Below the pieces are notes generated by a model, which worked only from the letters and a program-made list of their open reading frames with translations, had not been told where the DNA came from and ran no database searches. Positions 14,667 through 27,969 of a DNA stretch of 64,000 nucleotides are shown piece after piece. The position numbers and the translations under genes were made by a program. The stretch's first letter is position 1, and every line of letters begins with the position of its first letter. Source of the stretch: Octopus vulgaris (taxonomy: Eukaryota); contig OX597823.1 in the NCBI GenBank assembly GCA_951406725.2, positions 114,514,001 to 114,578,000 on the forward strand. The letters run 5' to 3'.

Positions 14667-15115
14667 TCCATGTTTCGGGGTGGATAAACAGAGAGAAAAA
14701 CTGATGTTTCGTCATCAAAGCACAGGAGCAAACGATATAGGATAGGGCAATATTTGTCATCAAACACTTAGATCACCTTTCTCCGATTCCAATTGTATAC
14801 AAACAGATGTGAGTTTTCTCACCAACGATGTGCTTTCTCTGCCGGAGAAACCAAGAAAAATCAAATTGATATTACTCTTTAACAAAGACCCGAAGACTTC
14901 CTATTTTCCCTTTCTTCCTTCCTTTCTTTGATTCCTTCTTTCTTCCTTTCTTCTTATCTCATTCCATTCTTTCATAGCTAATTTCTTTACATTTTTATTT
15001 TGCACATCTGTAAAATATTGCATTTTACATTCCGCAGTCAAATGCTTAGGTTTTACTCAACGCATTAAATGTTGTACTCTTCATTACATGTTTGATGTAT
15101 GTATATATATATACA

Positions 15116-15159
15116 CTAGCTGACCACGTGCCGTCTATAATGACAGCTAATTGTAGTAT

Positions 15160-15160
<1 letters not shown>
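15116..15160 (-). mobile_element. Helitron-like 3' terminus remnant
   Basis: On the minus strand, hairpin gctgtc-attata-gacggc, a short spacer, then CTAG|T. Confidence 0.45.
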
Positions 15161-15224
<64 letters not shown>

Positions 15225-15226
<2 letters not shown>

Positions 15227-15445
15227 GAGGGAATATTATTCCAAACTTAAAGGGAAAAATTCGATTTAGAAATACTAAATCAAATTTCACAAAATGTATA
15301 CGTTTTATTTATTATTTTGCATATTACTTAATCATTGTTATACATTTTATCTTGTTTAATCTTTCTATATGTAATTTTTCTAAATGGTATCATTTAATTT
15401 TTCATTATTGAATTAATAAAAGGTGGGGTTTTTTTCTAATTTATA
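15225..15445 (+). repeat. AT-rich interspersed repeat related to 55321-55470 and 19025+ (probable Penelope pLTR fragment)
   Basis: tatacgttttatttattattttgc..tgaattaataaaaggtgggg..tttctaatttata aligns by eye with 55321-55470 and ends in (TA)n. Confidence 0.6.
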
Positions 15446-15706
15446 TATATATATATATATGTGTGTGTATGTATGTATGTATGTATGTATGTATGTATAA
15501 GATACATAATAATCACACATACAAACATTCATGTATTTCCCTTGTACACGCACACACGTACACACATATACTCACACAGAGAAGAAACATCCCTTCTTTC
15601 TCTCATTGTTAATACTTTCTTTCACTGCCCTCACTACTTCTCCTTCACTGAATTACTATATTCTCTGCTCCTCCGCGTCCGGCGTGATTCTGGACAAATA
15701 TATATA

Positions 15707-16084
15707 GGCGCAGGAGTGGCTGTGTGGTAAGTAGCTTGCTTACCAACTACATGGTTCTGGGTTCAGTCCCACTGTGTGGCACCATGGGCAACTGTCTTCT
15801 ACAAAGCCTTGTGAGTGGAAACTTAAAGAAACCCGTCGTATATATATATATGTATGTGTGTGTATATGATTGTGTGCGTGTGTATTAGTCACCCCGACAT
15901 CGCTTGACAACCGATGCTGGTGTGTTTACGTCCCCATAACATAGCGGTTCGGCAAAAGAAACCAATATGATAAGTACTAGGCTTACAAAGAATAAGTCCT
16001 GGGGTCGATTTGCTCGACTACAGGCGGCACTCCAGCACGGCCGCAGTCAAACGACTGAAATAAGTAAAAAGAATAAAAGAATAT
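15707..16084 (+). mobile_element. SINE family A, near full length
   Basis: Same head, internal microsatellite and tail as 10978-11374. Confidence 0.93.
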
Positions 16085-17835
16085 AGGAAGAAACAATCAT
16101 GGCTTCATTTCATGTAGTTAATTTATATACCAGTATACCTCATAATTATGGACTAGAGGCAATACAGTTCTGGCTGGACCAATTTCCGGCAGAAATACCA
16201 AAAAGGATCAGTAAAGAATTCATTACTAAATCGGTTGAATTCATCCTACATAATAACCACTTCATGTTTGACAATACATTTTACCGTCAAAAATCCGGAA
16301 TTGCTATGGGTACAAGGGCAGCACCAGTCATTGCGAACCTAACAATGGGCTACCTGGAAATAATTATTTACCAGGAATCTTTATCAACCTTTGGAAACCC
16401 CCTCTCTCAATACATAAAAGAGAATTGGAAACGATTCCTGGACGATTGTTTTATACTCTGGAATGAAAACACAGATAAACTCCTAAAATTCAAAAACCTA
16501 TTGAACAGCATCAACTCAAATATACAGTTCACAATGGAATACAACCAAAAGGAGCTCCCATTCTTAGATATACTAATTAAACAGATTAACCTTAAAATAG
16601 AAACAGACATTTTTTACAAAGCCACAGACGCCAAACAATACCTACTTTTTGATTCATGCCACCCAAGACACACTAAAACAAACATCCCTTTCAACCTTGC
16701 AAGAAGGATATGCACAATAGTGTCAGGACAAAATACCAGGAACTTTAGACTACAAGAACTCAAAAACACCCTAATTGACAGATACTACCCAGCTCAACTC
16801 ATAGAGGATGGGATCAGACGTGCAACAGAAATCGACATAGAAACTTTGAGAAAAATTCAACACAACAACACACCTTCCCCGAAAATACTGCCTTACATAT
16901 CCACATACAACTCCAGAATAAAGAAGTCTTTACCATCATCACCCAGAATTTACCAATACTTCATAAGGACCCCAAATTAAAGGAAATTCTAAACATACAT
17001 AAAATCATTACAAGCTACAAACAACCTAAATCACTTTAAAAGATTCTCACAAAGGCAAAATTGCTTTCTGAAATTACGGATGCAAAAGTAAAAAAATGTG
17101 GAAGACCAAACTGTGCAACGTGCCCAAACCTTCTAGAAGGATCAGAATTCCTCTTCAAAGAGGGACAAAAATCTAATTTTACTTGTGCCTCTTAAAACAT
17201 AATTTATGTCATAAGATGCTCGGGCTGCCACCAAAACTACGTGGGGTCCACGGGACTATCACTCAGACGTAGATGCACACTGCATCGACAACAGATTGTA
17301 TTCCCAGAATACAGAATGATATCCTTTAGTGAGCATATTGAGAAATGCGCAAAGCAACTACTACCACAATTTTTAATCTTTCCATTTTAACAATGTGCTA
17401 TTGGAACACCAACAAAAATTAGACTAAACAAGGAAACATTCTTCATTGAAAAATATAAGCCCAAACTTAACCACTCCAAAATTCTTATACAGAGAAACTC
17501 ACTCCACTAAAAAAAGGCAAGAAATATTAAGCGATTATCTCCCTTACACCGGAAGAAATCACTTATTACCTCCCCTTACCTGGAACTCTTCTTTACACTT
17601 CTTAACGAACGAAATCATAACAATGTTTTGAGAAATTTGAAAAGTTAAACACGAAACCGGTAATTTCTTCAAAAACTATGTCACTGGAAAAAAATTTATA
17701 ACATTCTTCTGACATAATGACTCAAATATATATTTTTTAACCTTTTAAAACAAGCCTTCCGTAGTTTTTTCACTTTTTATTATTTTCTATATATTCAACT
17801 ACGTGCTTTCACACACCAACTTTCTCACCTATATA
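16085..17835 (+). mobile_element. Penelope-like retroelement, 5'-truncated, RT + GIY-YIG endonuclease + 3' pLTR
   Basis: ORF 16099-16980 has the motifs NLYTSIP, YRQKSGIAMG, RFLDDCF, LPFLD and YLLFDSCHP. After a frameshift near 16920 come a Cys linker KKCGRPNCATC (Neptune-type) and GIY-YIG NIIYVIRCSGCHQNYVGSTG..RCTLHR..EHI..KETFFIEKYKPKLN. In-frame stops are present. The element ends in (TA)n. Confidence 0.93.
17625..17676 (+). ncRNA. Type I hammerhead-like motif with U3:A8 core in Penelope pLTR
   Basis: gttttgagaaat-TTGAAAA-GT taaac AC-GAAA-CCGG-TA-atttcttcaaaaac. Stem I is about 11 bp with a bulge, stem III is the palindrome ACCGGT, and the triplet is GUA. Confidence 0.6.
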
Positions 17836-18065
17836 TATACACAGATAAAACACTACGCTCGTTATTATATTAGGAGATTGTAGTCAACATTTATAAAATA
17901 TTGACTTATTGTCGACTATATGTGTACATTCTACTCATCTTGGTCGTGATATTCTCATTGTCGTAAGCAAGATTAACCTAAATAAGTTGAAATTTGTTTA
18001 TTAGTTGCTGAAAGAAATTATCTAAATCAATACCATTGACTCATTTAAAGTATTTCCCTCACGTC

Positions 18066-18460
18066 TTTCTCACCTCCGCCTTAGTAAAGACGGATGTATT
18101 GTTTTCAGTTTCATTTGTGTGTGTTTGTTTGTTTGTTTGTTTGTCTGTGGACAAGATATCTCAAAAAACCGCTGGATGGATTCCGATGAAACTTTCAAGG
18201 ATGCATGGCCTCTTGACTGGCAGGAACTTATTGGAGTTGGGGATTGATCGGGTACCGGAAAAGGATCCTGGATTATTTTGCCTGTATTTTTACTTAATTT
18301 TTTGCGAGCGGTCGGGTTCATTTTTAGTATTTTTGTTTGTGAGAGCAGTCGAGCTTATTTCACGTATTCTCATTTTAAATAACACCTCCGGTTTATCGAT
18401 GAAAGAATGTTGGTGTTGCTTTGGTGGAGGTTTGCGCTCTCTGAGTGCTCTTGCTTGTTT
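18066..18460 (+). mobile_element. Helentron-associated non-autonomous element (HINE/DINE-1-like)
   Basis: 5' subTIR acctccgcc with adjacent inverted copy, (GTTT)n tract, core, 3' subTIR ggtggaggt, 3' hairpin gcgctc-tct-gagtgc, T-rich end. Confidence 0.75.
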
Positions 18461-18935
18461 TTGGTGGTGGGGGTGAGGGTTGCCATTATTTAGATTAAGC
18501 TACCCAAAATTCGTAGCAATATTCTTCCGTTTATTCTTTTTATTTAAGTTCTAGTAAATTCTCTGTCTACTGTCTGTTCAATGCATACAAGGAAAAATCA
18601 TCTTTGCTGTTAAATCCATATTAGACCGAGTCATGTTTGAGGGTATTTCGTGAGGGCAGAAAAACATCGAGTTTTTCTCTTAATCATGAGAGTTCTGTAT
18701 TCTGTAGAAATAATATTTAATTTATTCAAATTATCTCTAACAATTGTAATCTAAAGGTGAATTAAAATTTATTGACATGTTACAGCTTACATCGTTAGGT
18801 ACCACCCTATATACCTCTGGACAAAAATGTCGCCCACTGCCCGTGATACTCGTACCCACGACTTCTACAAAAGTGTCAGGCCTCCTATTATGGAACCAAC
18901 GCAAAACTTTTGTCGAATTGTTAAGATTCATGTTT

Positions 18936-19015
<80 letters not shown>

Positions 19016-19024
19016 GTGTGTATA

Positions 19025-19639
19025 AAATAGAGAAGAACCACCATACCACCATGTAGCAATTCAACAATGATATACTACTTAAATCATGCCATATAGGAAA
19101 ATAATTAAAGATACGATAAAACATTTACCTAGAACTAATTAAGGTACGAAATAATAAATAAATAGTATATATTTAGTAAATAGACTACACGTGTTTCGTG
19201 GCAATATTTTCAAATTAGTAACAATAAAGTCAATTAAATTTAAATATAGTCACTCATCAGGTCCAAGATAAAAACAATAAAATAAATAAATGTACGTATA
19301 TTATCTTATAAGAAAATATAAATATATATAAAAATACTTAATTTTACGATAAAAAATCAAACAAAATTCAACAATATAGCTTGAAACAAAATCACGAAAT
19401 ATCTTATCGAATATATTCTGTTAACTAGATCTTTAAACTTAATACGTAGAACTTATAGGTGTTTATAATAAAATTATCTCGTAAAAACGTGGTGTAAATA
19501 AAGCTAGAAGAAATAGATAGAAATATTTATTTTATCTATAAAAAAATGTTTTAGCTTATAGAAGAAAAAATAACTAACTACAGTTTATCATTACAGGAAA
19601 ATTAAGATACAAGTAATTAAAACAAAATATTTAAAACTA

Positions 19640-19640
<1 letters not shown>
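19025..19640 (-). mobile_element. Probable Penelope pLTR/3' region between (TA)n tracts
   Basis: Its terminus (aaatagagaagaaccacc..aattcaacaatga) resembles 55132+, and it contains a canonical hammerhead core on the minus strand. Confidence 0.6.
19182..19264 (-). ncRNA. Type I hammerhead ribozyme with canonical core
   Basis: Minus strand reads GGAC-CUGAUGA-[GUGAC UAUAUUU...AAAUAUU GCCAC]-GAAA-C ACGU G-UA-GUCU. All core nucleotides are present, stem III is the palindrome ACACGUGU, and the triplet is GUA. Confidence 0.8.
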
Positions 19641-19699
<59 letters not shown>

Positions 19700-20094
19700 C
19701 CATAATATACATTAAGTGAAGCTGACGCTAAAATGCTATAATTTAATCTATATACATTAAATTATTTATTTATGTATTTATTTAATAAACATGTAAGTTT
19801 AATCTTAATCTATTTACGTAATATATACTAAAAAACTTCATGCTGAGTTATATACATAATACTACAATAAACTATAACTACGAAAATTACAAATAGAAAA
19901 GCGTTCAAATATATACACGCAAATCAATTAAACTTATTATATAATTATTATATAATTCAATTTATGTATAGATTTAATATTTCACTCATTTATAGAATTA
20001 GCCAAAGTTTCTATTATTATTAAAAATATTTTCTTAAATGCAATATTACATAACAAATGAAAAATTCCAAGTAGGAATTGAGTGGGATGAGATA

Positions 20095-20345
20095 CTCTGC
20101 CTGAAGAAAATTCTAGCTAGGCTCCACCTGCAAGGTCATGCGCTGTTAATCTTGATATGCGATCACCATGTCACGCACATATGGTTGTGATTCATGTGCC
20201 TGGCGTGCCCTTATCAGACAGGTAGTCACGATGGGTATACCGGACTTTGTATATTTTACTCCAGTGTCACATTGATGGAATACACTGCTCTCTCACTCGA
20301 CAGTAATAATACCAATAATAATAACTATAATAATAATAATGATGA
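20095..20345 (+). repeat. Probable LINE/SINE 3' end with (AAT)n tail, unclassified
   Basis: GC-richer block ending ctctctcactc followed by an (aat)n tail. Single copy in the window, so weak. Confidence 0.35.
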
Positions 20346-20349
20346 TAAC

Positions 20350-20563
20350 AATAATAATCCTTTCTACTATAGACACAAGGTCTGAAACTTTGGAGGAGGG
20401 GTTAGTCGATTACATTGACCCCAGTACTCGACTGGTACTTAATTTATCAACCCCGAAAGGATGAAAGGTAAAGTCGACCTTGGTGGGATTTGACCTCAGT
20501 AAGTAGCGACGGGCAAAATATGGGTGTGCATTTTGCCCGGCTTGCTAACGATCCTGCCAGTCG
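20350..20563 (-). mobile_element. SINE family B, subfamily with (ATT)n tail
   Basis: aatttatcaaccccgaaaggatgaaaggtaaagtcgacc core, and head ctggcaggatcgttagc on the minus strand. Confidence 0.85.
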
Positions 20564-20577
20564 CTACATTAAAATTA

Positions 20578-20596
20578 TACTACTACTACTACTATA

Positions 20597-20681
<85 letters not shown>

Positions 20682-20743
20682 GTAATAATGATAATAATAA
20701 TGATAATAATAATAGTAATAATGATAATAATAATAATAATAAC
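20578..20743. repeat. (TAC)n/(AAT)n microsatellite
   Basis: Direct observation. Confidence 0.95.
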
Positions 20744-21269
20744 AATGAGGCGGCCAGCATTCTTAAACAAAATGTGTAAAATATACATTAAGAAAATCGG
20801 TACCAAATGTACCAGGGTAGCTAGAAGTAGTTGTCAACAATCAAAAGTCTCAAATTTCTCACTACAAGTAAACGCGTAGGGTTAATGCAGCTAATATAAG
20901 AAAAACAGCCGTTATCTTTGCATAACTACAAAGAAAAGTACTGACATCACATTATTAATTAATTTCAACTCCTGTGAGTATATTTTGAGTAAGCTCAGGT
21001 GTTGATCATAAGTGTTTTTAGCACAAATGATTAAATCAATTCATAATGAGATGTCGGTTCTTTTCTTTGTAGTTTTGCAATGGTAAGGGCCATTTTTCTT
21101 ATATTCGCTGCCTTAACCGTGCGCGTTTATTTATAGTGAGAAACTCGTGGCTTTGGAATGTTGACTCCTCTTTCTAGTAAACCTGGTACATTTGGTACCG
21201 TTATCTTTATGTATATTTCGCCTATTTTGTTAAGCTTGCTGGCTGCTTTATTATTATTATTATTATTAT

Positions 21270-21313
<44 letters not shown>

Positions 21314-21985
21314 TCATTTCTAATAACGATATCTTGTTTAAATATATATATAGATATAGATATATGCACGTAGAGAGGGGGGAGAGAGACAGGGAGAGAC
21401 GCCGACGGAGGTGGGGGAGAGGGCGGTCGAGTTAATTAGGGTTAAAACTCGTGGCGTTGTATAGGGCTGAAACAGGAAAGGAAATTATTCCTTTACACAG
21501 TCACATTTTCTGCAGCAAGTATGCTACTGTCATCCAATGTGATAGAGAAGCAAGAGCAAGTTGACAGATCTACAGGAAGTCTCGAATATATAATTTTATC
21601 CTCAAATTAACAATTTAAAGGACTCTAGCTTGAATTCAAAGAACATCACCCCGCCATTGCAAAATATAGATTATTGTAATTAACGGCAGCACATGCGGCG
21701 AATGGGGTGACTAAAAAACAGACAGAAATATCTGTAAATGGATGGCAATTTTGAGCGTCATCATACGACTCATCTAAAGATATATCCCGTCTTAGATGCC
21801 TTTTAAGAATACTCTTCTACTAAAGAAGCTTTAAATAAGGAAATCTTATGAACGCAGCAGTTTGTAAAGATTACCTGAATAAGTTACCAGATCAAGTAAT
21901 ATTATCGTACAAGAACAGATTCACCTACACAAATACGATACACATCAAAAATATTTAGACTTCATACATATTGAACCATATAAAC

Positions 21986-22146
21986 CAGGTGTGGCTGTGT
22001 GGTAAGTAGCTTGCTTACCAACCACATGGTTTCAGGTTCATTCCCACTGCGTGGCACCTTGGGCAAGTGTCTTCTACTATAGCCTCGGGCCGACCAATAC
22101 CTTGTGAGTGGATTAGGTTGACGGAAGCTGAAAGAAGACCGTCGTA

Positions 22147-22233
<87 letters not shown>

Positions 22234-22421
22234 TTGTGTGTCTTTGTTTGTCACCCAACATCGCTTGACAACAGATGCTGGTGTGTTTACATCCCCGTAA
22301 CTTAGCGGTTCGGCAAAAGAGACCGATACAATAAGTACTAGGCTTCCAAACAATTAGTCCTGGGGTCGATTTGCTCGACGAAAGGCGGTGCTCCAGCATG
22401 GACGCAGTCAATTGACTGAAA
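21986..22421 (+). mobile_element. SINE family A, full length with expanded internal (TA)n(TG)n
   Basis: Same head and tail as 10978-11374. Confidence 0.93.
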
Positions 22422-22713
22422 TGTCTCATTAGAAAATCGCAAAACACAACACTCTCTATAGATGCATATATGTCTGTGTGAATGTGCGTGGCTGTATGTG
22501 TCTGTGTGGGTGTGAATGTTTCTGTGTGTGTCTGTATTTATCTGTGTCTGTGTGTCTCTCTGTGTAGAACTACTTATAGATGTGTCTAGGTAGGTTTTCA
22601 TAACACGATTTGTTTCGAAACAGTCTCAAGCCCTGAGAAAAGGATCTGTTCCATTTGAAAATATGAACACTGGTACATGAGAAATTACTTGAAAAAAACC
22701 CAGAAGGCAGCAA

Positions 22714-22768
<55 letters not shown>

Positions 22769-22814
22769 TACATATATTATACATAAATATGTACACACAC
22801 ACAAACATATATAC

Positions 22815-23350
22815 CCTTCGCCTACCCACTTACACCACATCTACCCCAACCCACAGCATAACCAACACCCCACCCTTGCCTTCACCACTCTCGCCTCCCC
22901 TACCTCCCAACAACACCATACCACACAACACATCATAACACACAACCACGCGCACATCAGCACTGAACACTGCCATACCCACATTTTCACACCTACACAT
23001 ACATGTACGCACACGTCAAGATCACCAGCCCTCTTCCACACGCACATACAAAACTCCCTTATACATAAGTACGTGCTCCTTCGTTTTGGGATCACCACTA
23101 CTTTATTATCTCCCCTTCTCCCTAGGTCTCCTGTGTAACCCTTCTGTCCGGCTTTCGCCATAATAGATCGCTAGCCACTACACATTCATTATTTTCTCTC
23201 CTTGTCTCTTTCTGTGTTCCTTCCTGTGGACGAGTGTAGGCTCGAAACGTTAAAGACCTTTTCACTTCCCGAGCGTCAAACTAATACATCTGTTTGCTGT
23301 CTACAACACCTGTCTTCCTCTTTTCTTTTTTTTTGTGAATTCTCTCCTAC
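22815..23350 (+). mobile_element. Penelope 3' UTR/pLTR family P1
   Basis: C/A-rich tract, then ttattatctcccct..gatcgctagccactacac..ctgtggacgagtgtaggctcgaaacg..acacctgtctt. Homologous to 46025-47010, which retains GIY-YIG coding sequence. Confidence 0.75.
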
Positions 23351-23418
<68 letters not shown>

Positions 23419-23447
23419 ATATATATATATATACATATACATATGTA

Positions 23448-23499
<52 letters not shown>

Positions 23500-23884
23500 T
23501 GTACATATATATGTGTGTATCCGTGTATAGATAGATAAATAAATAGATAGATAAGATTTACTCGTATCTAACCTAATTGTATACATGTATGAGTGAAGAC
23601 ATCTCACCAAATATAGACAGAAACGCCAGAAAGATTTTCGAACTCGCCTTCTAAGTGTAAGAAGTTCTCTACTTTACTTGCAAGATAACTTTAATCTTCA
23701 TCTGTGTTTGTGTATATATGTGTGAGTGCCTAGAAGTGTAGACTTCATGCTTTAGATTACGTATCACTATATCCTTACATTGCACACAAAATACCATCAC
23801 TTTTTATTTATTTTTATGGATTAAATATATTTTTAGGATTAAATATATATGTATGTTTAGGTTAGTATTATACATGCGTGCACC

Positions 23885-23952
<68 letters not shown>

Positions 23953-24157
23953 CGTGTTTCTACAGCAAAAGCATATGTAAGCATGCACAAATGTGGATTA
24001 TATAGATACGTGTTTATTTAGATTAATAGTCGACGCTTGTTTGTATTGCAGGATTAAATCGCATGCATGTGTTTTTATGACTGTTCTATTTGCATATCTG
24101 CTTTTCTTTCGGATAAGAGTAATCTACATATACACACACATACGTATGTATATATAA

Positions 24158-24210
<53 letters not shown>

Positions 24211-24271
24211 CATCTCTTTTTGTCTCTCTATGACTGTATGTGTAAAAGTCTATGTATGTATGTATCTAAAC

Positions 24272-24341
<70 letters not shown>

Positions 24342-24524
24342 GCACATATATATATATATTTTTGCATTACATATATATGTACATTCACATAATCATGCAC
24401 ACAAGCACATGCACACACGCACACATATACTATATGTATTATATATATTATATATCTTCATGTATATATATGTATATATATATATAGATATACACATACA
24501 CACACATATCTCTGCATATATATG

Positions 24525-24610
<86 letters not shown>

Positions 24611-25237
24611 CATATATATATATGTATATATGTACAAATATATATACAATTACATATATATATATGTGTGTATATATATATATATACGCATTTGTTTACT
24701 TCCAATATATATATATATATATATTTAGGATAAGACAGGATAAAATAGTGCAAGATGAGGTAAGTTAAGATATTTATGTTAAGACGTGGATAAGTGAACG
24801 ATAAATCTAACAGATAAAGTAAAAGATTGAATAAAATAGAAAAATAAGCAATAAAATAACCAGATGCGTTAGGACAAATATAGATACGTTATGACATGTT
24901 TAAAATAAGAATCACTCGTGTCATGTCTGCTTTGGTGCAGCGCTGATAGAAGCGGCAGAAGCAAGGGTCTGGTGTTCGTAAGTTAAATGTGTCCTACTTG
25001 TAATAAATGAATCGATTTTTTTTTTTTTTTGAGGTAGCGATGCCGTTGGTTAATATGAAGTATTATTTCCCGTTATATAAGGGAAACTTACCTATGCTTT
25101 AAAAGTATTTACAGATAAGCAGCTTGTGATGAATTAAGCAATAATGAAATCGGCCCTTATGACGAACAGAGGAGAATCATTCGTTGATTCGTGCTTTGCT
25201 CGGGAGAAATACCGATACACACACACACACACACTCA

Positions 25238-25291
<54 letters not shown>

Positions 25292-25749
25292 ATCTCTCTC
25301 TCTCTCATACAGACACACACACTCTCACACACCGAGATACATGTACTCATGAGCAAGAGTATGCTTGTGTGTCGCTATTCCGTGATTAGATTTATTTCGA
25401 ACTCATTCCGCATTGGCTGCTGCAACCGTAGATTTTGCTGTCTGGCCAACTATTTATGTGAATGACTGCGTATAGGCTTTTAGGTGATAGTGGTATGGTG
25501 TGTGGTTGTAGTGGTGGTGGTGGTGGTGGTGGTGGTAGCTCATGATGATGGTGGTTGTAATAGTGGTGATTGTGATGGTGGTGATGATTTGGTAGCCATG
25601 TTAGTATTAGTGAGTGGAAGTTGTAAGCAAATACTGATCTGTTGTTTATTATCAACAAAGCCAGGTGCTTCGATTCGCATCCAAAGGTATAGAAAATCGC
25701 ACGTGTGTCAATTGTCTCAGACATTTCAAAACATATAAATTTGATTCCA

Positions 25750-25950
25750 CATTTAATCGACCCCGAAAGGATGAAAGGCAAAGTCGACCTCGGCGGAATT
25801 TGAACTCAGAACGTAACGACAGACGAAATACCTATTTCTTTACACACCCACAAGGCCTACACACAGAGGGGACAATCAAGGACAGACAAACGGATTAAGT
25901 CGATGTGGTTGGTAAGCAAGCTACTTACCACACAGCCACTCCTGCTCCTA
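25750..25950 (-). mobile_element. Chimeric SINE: family A head fused to a permuted family B tail-to-body junction
   Basis: Minus strand reads gcaggagtggctgtgtggtaagtagcttgcttaccaaccacat|cgacttaatccgtttg..aagaaataggtatttcgtctg..ggggtcgattaaa. Confidence 0.85.
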
Positions 25951-26599
25951 TATGTATGTGTTTGTGTGCATGTATGCCTGTGACTGTGCTTTTGCATTTC
26001 ATTAAATGTGGTGAGGAAGTGGTTACTTGCCTAAATTCCAATGAACGTTACTTATTTTAAATTAAAGCACAAACTGCGGTTGTATATGTTAATGGTTTCA
26101 TTGTTTTGTTGCACATTTAAGTATTTAAGCTTTGTAAATCCAAATAATCTCATTTAAACACTGTATATTTTTAAAAACAAAAACACATATACAAACACAA
26201 ACAGACAGACAGACACACACACACATATATATATATAAAACACATATATATGTGTGCGTGACAGAGAGGGAGTTAGTGTGTGTTTAAATATATAAACATA
26301 TACATATATATACACACATGCATATATACATATATACATATACATGCCTGTATATTTACATACGTACGTGTACACTCACAGGTACACAGACACACACACA
26401 AATGCACATACACACATATACGCTTGTGTGTAAGCACGTCTACATTTGAAAAATAGACATATACACGCGCACGCGCATATATATATATATGCACCTTCGT
26501 CAGATCTTACAACTCAGTATTTTGCTCTTTATATACATACACACACATACACACACACACAGATATATATGTGTGTCTGTGTGTGTATCTGTGTGTCTG

Positions 26600-27390
26600 T
26601 GTGTGTATCTGTGTGTGTGTGTCTGTGTGTTTAACTTCCCGGTACATCTCCTCCTAGCCAACAAATCGTAGAACCACCAAAAATGTGTCACTTAAAGTTT
26701 AGGCGAATGAAAATTGAACTGCACTATTTCTGTTCCGAAATTCATCTCGCAAGTGCAAATACCGATAATGCGTTTGTTTAGGCCTTATCCCATGCATTGA
26801 ATAGTGAACTTTACTCAGTCAGCTGTTTGACGTGAACTGTGTTCACCACACGTGCAAGCATGCGTAAATTGCATGAAAAAATCAAGATATAAAAACGAAT
26901 CTCCGTAAACATTGTAGAAATTCGGCAAAGAAATGAATGTTCGGGATGTAGCCTGGAGGGTTTTTTCGTATTAATCGTTTGGACACATACCAATTGTTTT
27001 CATAACATTTTTAACACTTTGAATTAAATGTGACCATTTTACGTTGAGATTGCAGTTTGAATCACTTTAACCAAATTTTAGCAGGCCGGATTTTTGATCA
27101 TCACGATACATCGCCAGCGACTCCCTGAAACTCTCCCCTGAAATTCCCGTTCAGAAATACTGATCTAAAAGAATAATTCAACAATACAATTATTTGATCA
27201 ACAAAAATTTATGAAACGCTTCTACGTACCTCCTATTGAGGAAATGGAACACATAAGCGCAAAAATAGAGGGCATTAAATGCTTGAGTTTAAAACCAAAA
27301 TAATTAAATTTTGATTGAACTTCATCCAAGTTTAGCTTAATTTGCGCGTGCATAGAACGCACGAGCGCACGAGCCGGGCAATACTGCTAG
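26600..27390 (+). mobile_element. Probable non-autonomous Helitron (5' boundary uncertain)
   Basis: The 3' end has an imperfect GC hairpin (gcacgagc..gccgggc) then aatactgCTAG|T, similar to the end of 50708-51105. Confidence 0.5.
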
Positions 27391-27415
27391 TATATATATA
27401 TATATATATATATAT

Positions 27416-27654
<239 letters not shown>

Positions 27655-27929
27655 CTGTTGTAACTGGGGAGAGTCATTTTCTTTTTGTGCCTTATAATTT
27701 AATACACACACCGGTAAAATTTCCACTCATTTCTTATTTTTATGATCCAAAAATTTTCGTTGCGTCTTGCAACCTTTTCAATAGTCTTGACTTTGTCCGT
27801 TATTTACACTGCGTTCCTTTTTGCTTGTTTGTACGCATGTGTGTGGGTCAGTGTGTGTGTGTGCCTATGCATGCATGCATGTATGTATGCATGTATGTAT
27901 GTATGTATATATGTGTGTGTATGCATATG

Positions 27930-27959
<30 letters not shown>

Positions 27960-27969
<10 letters not shown>

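Noticed and set aside
18737-18930. Possible mariner C-terminal remnant (KVLRWFHNRRPDTF)
   Set aside because: Similarity is too weak and the downstream conserved motif is absent.
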